Below the pieces are notes generated by a model. It worked only from the letters and a program-made list of their open reading frames with translations. It was not told the DNA's origin and did not search any database. 32,000 nt of DNA from Acaryochloris marina MBIC11017. GTDB taxonomy: Bacteria; Cyanobacteriota; Cyanobacteriia; Thermosynechococcales; Thermosynechococcaceae. Below, one piece after another: positions 26,612-32,000 of the stretch. The stretch covers positions 32,962 to 64,961 of the forward strand of contig NC_009931.1 of the NCBI RefSeq assembly GCF_000018105.1, in the 5' to 3' direction. Position numbers and translations under genes: made by a program. Each line of letters opens with the position of its first letter. The stretch's first letter is position 1.

Positions 26612-27555
26612 TAGCACTACGGATATATGTTAGTACGCTCTTTGAAAGCAGCATCCACACAATCACGAAAGGTATCAAATTCATCCCACCGCTGCTTCAT
26701 CCAGTTTTTGAGCACAAACCACCATCGCTCGATTTTATTGAGATCTGGAGAATAGCTCGGTAGATACCAAATCTCACAGCCTGCTTCAGCTACGATTTCT
26801 TCGATCCTCTGGCCATGATGAAAACTGGCATTATCAATCACAATCACATCGCCAAGTTGTAACTGGGATATAAGACTCTGCTGTAACCACGCTTCGAATA
26901 ACAACCGATTGCAAGACCCTTCAAAGGTCATGGGAGAAAATAACTGGCCTTCTTTGAGCGCAGCAATAAAACTGACTCGCTCTGTCCGCTTGCCTGATTT
27001 GAGGTCATAAAATCGTTGACCCACAGGGCAGTATCCATAAGGATAGTCCGCTCGATTATCGATACCCGCTTCGTCTACATAGACGATCTGATGAGGGTGT
27101 TTGGTCTGTAATCGTTCTATAAATGCTTGACGTTGTGTTTCATCTCGTTCTCGATAGCCATAGGTCTTTTTTTTCGACTCAATCCCAGTTTTCTCAAGGC
27201 ATCACTGATATTTTGCTGGGTGACATTATCCCCCCATAGCTTAGCCATTTGGGCCTGGGTTTTACCCCCATGCTCTTGAGCAAATTCACGAAAGCGCTCC
27301 CAATCTGTGATCTTGTGGCGAGCCCCTTGTTGGTAGTTGGTAATCGCCTGACAGTCACCTGTAGCTTCTTCGCGGACTATCCATAGATGCAAGGTATTAC
27401 GGCTGATGTTCAACATTCGACAGATATCGACTTTCCGTTCACCATTCTTGAAGGCATCAACGGCTTTACGACGAAGGTCATAACTATAGGGTGCTGGCAT
27501 ACTAATGTAGGGATATCTTCTATATCAATAGTACTAACATAGTTTCGTAGGGCTA
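26612..27555 (-). mobile_element. IS630-family insertion sequence, 944 bp, inserted at a TA in the 3' end of the ISAs1 transposase gene
   Basis: The 25-nt IRs are TAGCACTACGGATATATGTTAGTAC (26612-26636) and the reverse complement of 27531-27555, TAGCCCTACGAAACTATGTTAGTAC. They match at 21 of 25 positions. The TA duplication lies at 26610-26611 and 27556-27557. Confidence 0.82.
26617..27500 (-). CDS. IS630-family transposase, two overlapping frames joined by a -1 frameshift on an A8 run
   Basis: OrfA has the HTH ...ICRMLNISRNTLHLWI... and ends ...LGLSRKK. The frame -1 ORF continues KTYGYRERDETQRQAFIERL...YVDEAGID...VIDNASFHH...LPSYSPDLNKIERWW (DDE_3). The slippery run AAAAAAAA is the complement of 27167-27174. 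The fused product is 294 aa. Confidence 0.8.
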
Positions 27556-27557
27556 TA

Positions 27558-27606
27558 CCTGGTCAAGATCCTCAGCGTTGCTGCCAAGGGAATACCTTCT
27601 TCATGA
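27558..27606 (+). pseudogene. ISAs1-family transposase, fragment 3 of 3 (last 16 codons plus stop)
   Basis: Joining 26611 to 27558 gives ...GWDDNY LVKILSVAAKGIPSS*. The reconstructed transposase is 597+509+49 = 1155 nt, or 384 aa, and ends 4 nt before the IRR. Confidence 0.65.
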
Positions 27607-27628
27607 AGAACTATGTGCGGTTGCCCTG

Positions 27629-28113
27629 GGGGCCACCCCCTTTCAATTGCATTTCCCAGCGTTGGCCATTGATGATTCCTTCAAACACAGATATCGCCCG
27701 ACCATCGCCATAGCCGTTACCCGTACCGAAGGGACATTGTTGGTTATATTCGGTGCCAAGAATCGACAGTGCATAACCCGTCGTCCAGCCAATCTGACGC
27801 ATAGGCTCATGGGCAGCAGTGATATCACCCGAAAATACATGGCGAAATTTTTCATTCAGCGCCAGCTCATCGCTTAACCCAAGTTCCTTAAAAAAGTGCT
27901 GCTATGAGCTACGTATTCTGGTTCTGCAAGCGGCGTGGGTGTTACAGGTACGAAATGTCCAGAAAAAACCTGGCGAGCACGGTGATCATCGCCATCGACC
28001 GTGGCATCAGGATCAGCATCTAAGGTGTCCATCAGAGAATAATCCGCCAATTGCACAAACTCATCGAAGGTCGTTACGCAGGGCTCAGCAGACGGTTTAG
28101 CTGGATATGACAT
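27629..28113 (-). pseudogene. selO: selO pseudogene, N-terminal part (also carries a 1-nt frameshift)
   Basis: The ATG is the complement of 28111-28113. The translation is MSYPAKPSAEP...[12 protein letters not shown], then one frame over [83 protein letters not shown]. It joins to [13 protein letters not shown] at 17795. Together these form the SelO Gly-rich loop region. Confidence 0.82.
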
Positions 28114-28760
28114 TGTTGCTAGCGTCGGTATGGTCGGGATAGGTTCTATGTTTAATTTTAGACCTTGCAGAGGTATTGCAACGATTAACCACATGAAGAA
28201 CCATAGAGCTGCAAGGCAATGGCAGTATATATTCTGGCTTGCAGTACTCCCAAACCCTGAATATTGCGAGGAAAATTATAAAAAAGGGGTCTTATTAAGG
28301 GAAGATCATCCTTTTTGAATGTTTAATAAAATTGGGCCATATCGCCCTAAAGGATGCCCTTGTAAAGGTTCAGATAGTCTGGAACCTTCTTGTGAAGTTC
28401 ATCTATTAAAGAAGGGACTGAAAGTCCCAATCTATAGCTGCGTCGTCAACTTATCGATCTGATGTGATATGAAAACCTCTAGCTGTTAGTGCTATAAATC
28501 TCTATTTTTAGAAGTGTGTAGCAGCTAAAGCCTTGCACTAAAGTGCATAGTTTTGGACTAGCGTGTTTAGGATAATAAAAAAATATCGAACCCCGCCTCC
28601 TCTAATGCCTGTTCCCTGTTAGAACTGAATCTATAAAATTGACTATACAACCGACCACAAGAATCAAATTCTAAGATCTGAAAATTAACCACTTGCCTTC
28701 TAATAAACAGCTGAGTACTATATCTTAGTCAATCTATCTTCACTCAGGATACGAAGAACA

Positions 28761-29156
28761 GTGGTTACACTCAAAGACGCACGCCGGATCATTGAAGCTG
28801 CTGAGAAAAAGGCAGAGGAAATCGGCCAACCGATGAATATTGCAGTCGCAGATAGTGGTGGCAATTTAGTTTCTCATGTAAGGATGGATGGAGCCTGGAT
28901 TGGTAGTATTGATATCTCAATCAAAAAGGCATATACATCGCGGGCTTTCGATATCTCCACCAAAGACTTAGCTGAATATAGCCAATCTGAGGGACAATTC
29001 TTTGGAATACATGCTTCCAATGGGGGAAAAATCATGATCTTTGCTGGAGGAATACCTCTGGTTCAAGATGGTCGAGTGGTTGGCGCTATAGGTGTCAGTG
29101 GTGGCTCAGGAGAGCAAGATCATGCTGTTGCAGAGGCTGGTGCAGAAGCCTTTTAA
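28761..29156 (+). CDS. GlcG/HbpS-like (DUF336) putative heme-binding protein
   Basis: This is a 131-aa ORF with a GTG start. The family pattern is PMNIAVADSGGNLVSHVRMDGAWIGSIDISIKKAYTSRAF...GGIPL..DGRVVGAIGVSGGSGEQDHAVAEAG. Confidence 0.8.
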   Translation: MVTLKDARRIIEAAEKKAEEIGQPMNIAVADSGGNLVSHVRMDGAWIGSIDISIKKAYTSRAFDISTKDLAEYSQSEGQFFGIHASNGGKIMIFAGGIPLVQDGRVVGAIGVSGGSGEQDHAVAEAGAEAF

Positions 29157-29421
29157 ATGAACTAGCCCACCCTATAGAAGCATGGGACTGACGCCGATTT
29201 CTTCAATTTCTCAAGAACCAGCTAGCACAGAGATAATGTCTCTAACCGTTATGAAAAGGAGACGCTTGAGGCAGTCCCTCCAACATGGGAAAGACGCTAC
29301 AATTCGCCCTGTACTGTGGGCAACTCCGCCCATACCTGGTGGAAAGCGTTCCGTTAGAAATAGCAAATGGGTCAAACTCACAGTTCATAACTTGATATAG
29401 GAGGCTGCAACTCGGGTTGGC

Positions 29422-31449
29422 TTAATGCTGATTCACAGGATGCTGCTCAGTAAATCGGGGGGTGAGGCAGTAGGGACAATCCAACCACTCTGGTAACAGC
29501 GCGGCTTTACAGACGTGGCAGTTGAGGGCTGTCTTGCGTTTGGCCTTCAATTCCGTTTTCAAGCCGCTATCCGAGAAAGTGACCCGTTCAACTTCCTCTA
29601 GAGAGGTTTCACCATTCTCAACCAGCTTTAAGCTATAGGCCAATAGGGTTTGCATTCCTTCTTCGACGGCCACTTCTTTAATGTGCTCGGTGGGGGCTCC
29701 TTCCGTGATGAGTGCCTTGAGTTTTTCGCTCACCTGCATCACCTCATAGACCCCGCACCGCCCCAAGTAACCAATGCCTGAACAGGTGGGACAGGCATCT
29801 TCAGTGTTAGCCGTCGCCAGAATATCGTCAGAGGTAGACGTGTTGGCTTTATAGAAAGTAATGTCAGTCTTCCCAGACGTCACTAATCCAAACTGCGCCA
29901 GTCTCTCCTGGGACGGTCGATAGGGAATACGGCAATCGGGACAGAGGCGTCGCACCAGTCGCTGAGCGACGACTCCTAGCAAGGAGGCGGAGACCATAAA
30001 GGGTTCTACGTCCATCTCGGCCAAGCGGACAATGGCACTAGCCGCATCATTCGTGTGCAAAGTGGTTAACACCAAGTGCCCCGTGAGCGCGGCTTCAATA
30101 GCAGTTTTGGCGGTTTCCTTGTCCCGTGTCTCACCCACGAGTAGGACATCAGGGTCTTGTCGGAGAAAGGCTCGCAGGATCGAGGCAAAGTCCATGCCTT
30201 TTTCTCGCAGCACCTGCACCTGGGTAATCCCTGGCAGTGTATATTCAATCGGATCTTCAACGGTACTGATATTAACTTCGGGGGTATTGCGTTCCGTCAA
30301 AGCCGAATACAAAGTGGTCGTTTTACCAGAACCCGTGGGACCCGTGACTAAAATTAGACCGAACGGACGATCGACCATGGACCTCACCAACTCCAGGCTC
30401 ATTGGGTCATCAATCAAATTGTCGAGACCCAGCTGCATGGAAGAGTTGTCTAAGATCCGCAACACCACTTTCTCGCCATAGCGACTCGGCAAGGTGCTGA
30501 CACGAAAGTCAACTTTACGTCCTTGAAACAGTCGAAGAATACGTCCATCCTGGGGCAGACGCCGTTCCGCAATATCTAAATTGGCAATGATTTTAAATCG
30601 AGAGACCAGGGCAGGCGTAATTCGCCGTGGAAGAGGTTGGAAGGCGTTATGGAGGAGGCCGTCTTTCCGAAAGCGAACTCGCAGGTTTTCTTCTTGCGGT
30701 TCAATATGAATATCCGAAATCTGATTCTGTAAGGCCTTCGCTAAAATCTTATTAACCAAAGAAATGATGGGTGCTGCATTTTCGTCTAGCAGTGCTTCAT
30801 CTAAGTTGATGTCGGCATCATTGGTGGCCAGATCTTCAATGCCGCCTAAGCGATCGAGATCATCTTCCAGCCCATACTCAACGGGCAAATTCTCTTGGAT
30901 CGTGGCTTGGCGTTTGGCTTGAGCGTCCAAAAACTTGGCGATCAACATTTGGTAAGTATCCAAATCCAGGACGACCCGTTGGAAGGTCATGCCATTGGAG
31001 CGCAATAAGTAGCCAATATCATCAATGGCGCTGAGGTGATCGGGATTGACCATACCGATCCGAACAACTGGCGGATCCTCTTCTTCATTGAGTGAAAGTG
31101 GTAACAACTGATAGCGACGGCAGTAGTCGAGGGGAATAACGGTGCGAATCAGCCGATCAATTTCATCGAAGTCAACTTGAGTAAGCTCAGGATCCAGACA
31201 CTCTAGGCCATAGAGGATTTTTAACTCAAAGAGTTGCTGGCGCTTGATCTGCCGTAACAAGCGGGGAGGAAGTGGCTTCCCCGTCATTTTCTGGAGAATC
31301 ACCAGCAGAGATCGACCTTTGCGCCGACTCTCATAAATCGCTTCGCGCAAGCGTGCTTGGTCTACATAACCACTTTTTATTAATTTTTCATTTGAAGGAG
31401 AAAAGTTATTTCTAACGAGTAAATCTCGCTTGGATGAGTCATTCCCCAT
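29422..31449 (-). CDS. pilB: Type IV pilus assembly / type II secretion ATPase (PilB/GspE family) with a C-terminal zinc-ribbon-like extension
   Basis: This is a 675-aa ORF with an N-terminal MshEN-type domain. Motifs are Walker A LVTGPTGSGKTTTLYS, Walker B DPDVLLVGETRD and the His box LTGHLVLTTLHTN. The tetracysteine motif is CPDC...CPTCSGIGYLGRCGVYEV, and the extra C-terminal motif is CHVCKAALLPEWLDCPYC. Confidence 0.88.
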   Translation of the reverse strand: MGNDSSKRDLLVRNNFSPSNEKLIKSGYVDQARLREAIYESRRKGRSLLVILQKMTGKPLPPRLLRQIKRQQLFELKILYGLECLDPELTQVDFDEIDRLIRTVIPLDYCRRYQLLPLSLNEEEDPPVVRIGMVNPDHLSAIDDIGYLLRSNGMTFQRVVLDLDTYQMLIAKFLDAQAKRQATIQENLPVEYGLEDDLDRLGGIEDLATNDADINLDEALLDENAAPIISLVNKILAKALQNQISDIHIEPQEENLRVRFRKDGLLHNAFQPLPRRITPALVSRFKIIANLDIAERRLPQDGRILRLFQGRKVDFRVSTLPSRYGEKVVLRILDNSSMQLGLDNLIDDPMSLELVRSMVDRPFGLILVTGPTGSGKTTTLYSALTERNTPEVNISTVEDPIEYTLPGITQVQVLREKGMDFASILRAFLRQDPDVLLVGETRDKETAKTAIEAALTGHLVLTTLHTNDAASAIVRLAEMDVEPFMVSASLLGVVAQRLVRRLCPDCRIPYRPSQERLAQFGLVTSGKTDITFYKANTSTSDDILATANTEDACPTCSGIGYLGRCGVYEVMQVSEKLKALITEGAPTEHIKEVAVEEGMQTLLAYSLKLVENGETSLEEVERVTFSDSGLKTELKAKRKTALNCHVCKAALLPEWLDCPYCLTPRFTEQHPVNQH

Positions 31450-31619
31450 GAGATAAAAACGCTATAAATTTAACTGAATTTGAAGCTAAAAAACCGTGTA
31501 TTCACGAGTACATTAGGTTGTCGAAAACCCAAGGCCAATGCAGACTTACTCAGTCGCCACCTACCAATACCACAAATATCCTTTCGGCAGCAATTGTTGA
31601 CATGTTGCTCCCATGACAA

Positions 31620-32000
31620 TCAATACCTTCCCACACTGTAAGCTCTCAATTCTGTTGACATACAATCTTGGCATATACAGTTTATTTCTAGTTGTGGGCT
31701 CGCAAGATGAAAGCCTGCATCGCTAGTGTTTTTCTTTAGCAAATCCATAATTGGTGCGCTTATCGCGACTTCCTTAACTTTTTGGCATTGACCACAGATT
31801 AAAAATTGCGTCTGAGCATGTTCTTGTTCGCACTTTATGTGTTCGCAAGCGACATACTTATTGATCAGATCAAGGCGATGCACCAAGTTCTCTGCCATTA
31901 AAAACTCTAAAATTCGATACATAGACATGGCAGGCATGGTGTCACCCAATTCAGTTTTATAAGCCTCCACTAACTCATAAGCAGAGAGTGCTTTGCTCGA
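31620..32000 (-). CDS. Fur-family metalloregulator (Zur/Fur-like); the N-terminus runs off the right edge
   Basis: The frame is open to the window edge (SSKALSAYELVEAYKTELGDTMPAMSMYRILEFLMAENLVHRL = winged helix). The Cys pairs CGQC and CQDC are typical of the Fur/Zur structural zinc site. Confidence 0.8.
   Translation of the reverse strand, partial: SSKALSAYELVEAYKTELGDTMPAMSMYRILEFLMAENLVHRLDLINKYVACEHIKCEQEHAQTQFLICGQCQKVKEVAISAPIMDLLKKNTSDAGFHLASPQLEINCICQDCMSTELRAYSVGRY

Larger units (their letters stand above)
17806..27628 (+). mobile_element. ISAs1-family insertion sequence (1,263 bp once its nested inserts are removed) inserted in selO
   Basis: IRL is CAGGGCGACCGCACATAG (17806-17823). 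IRR is CTATGTGCGGTTGCCCTG (27611-27628). They match at 17 of 18 positions. The 10-bp TSD GGGGCCACCC lies at 17796-17805 and 27629-27638. The CAGGG termini and 8-10 bp duplications fit my recollection of the ISAs1 family. Confidence 0.86.

Noticed and set aside
26628-27539. My first placement of the IS630 ends at the 9-bp repeat TGTTAGTAC/GTACTAACA
   Set aside because: That placement left the transposase stop codon outside the element and gave an ISAs1 C-terminus with no family resemblance. Extending outward revealed 25-nt IRs (21 of 25 matching) with a TA duplication. That places the stop inside the element and restores the ISAs1 ending GWDDNYLVKIL.
28130-28462. Abutting small ORFs 28130-28318 (62 aa) and 28319-28462 (47 aa, Cys-containing, TGAATG junction) in the 650-bp AT-rich spacer between selO and the GlcG-like gene
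   Set aside because: They have no SD and no motif, their composition is typical of promoter DNA, and the first overlaps the selO start region antisense. They were noted but are not supportable as genes.
29182-29400. 72-aa plus-strand ORF between the GlcG-like gene and the pilB 3' end
   Set aside because: It has no SD or motif and its translation is Arg/Ser/Pro-rich. This is probably the convergent-terminator spacer.
1-32000. CRISPR arrays, tRNA and rRNA genes, toxin-antitoxin or defence-system gene pairs
   Set aside because: I looked in all intergenic regions (3100-3280, 10515-11048, 12930-13121, 28195-28760, 31450-31619). I found no regularly spaced repeats, cloverleaf-like sequences or small paired ORFs. 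The accessory region 17.8-27.6 kb encodes only transposition functions.

Overview
This is a cyanobacterial-type chromosomal window. The HIP1 octamer GCGATCGC recurs (e.g. 4468-4475, 4852-4859, 6604-6611, 11247-11254, 15291-15298), and there is an SmtB/SmtA pair and a PilB1-like ATPase. Coordinates 1-10.5 kb form a vitamin-B12-economy neighbourhood. It holds metE (B12-independent methionine synthase, 3' end off-window) divergent from a MetR-like LysR regulator. Next comes a cobalamin riboswitch directly in front of an unclassified small membrane protein with an abutting micro-ORF. These are followed by class Ia ribonucleotide reductase nrdA-nrdB, a hypothetical protein, a DUF1636-like Cys protein and a CobW/COG0523 GTPase. 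Coordinates 10.5-16.4 kb hold a 133-bp MITE, an orphan fatty acyl-AMP ligase, the smtB-smtA zinc metallothionein pair (smtA is below the ORF-track cutoff and was found by hand) and priA. Coordinates 16.6-28.1 kb hold a selO (protein adenylyltransferase) pseudogene split by a 9.8-kb nest of five mobile elements. I could resolve their ends and target-site duplications to the base. An ISAs1-family IS sits in selO. A resolvase-less Tn3-family IS sits in the ISAs1 transposase. A group II intron sits in frame inside the Tn3 tnpA. An IS1182-family IS sits inside the Tn3 right inverted repeat. An IS630-family IS sits in the ISAs1 3' end. The right end holds a GlcG-like protein, a PilB/GspE ATPase and a Fur-family regulator (5' end off-window). 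I saw no rRNA, tRNA or CRISPR array. The best candidate for something undescribed is the riboswitch-controlled orphan membrane module (3275-4004) inside the B12-sparing gene block. The most striking structure is the intron-in-transposase nest. All family assignments rest on motif recognition by eye; no database search was possible.
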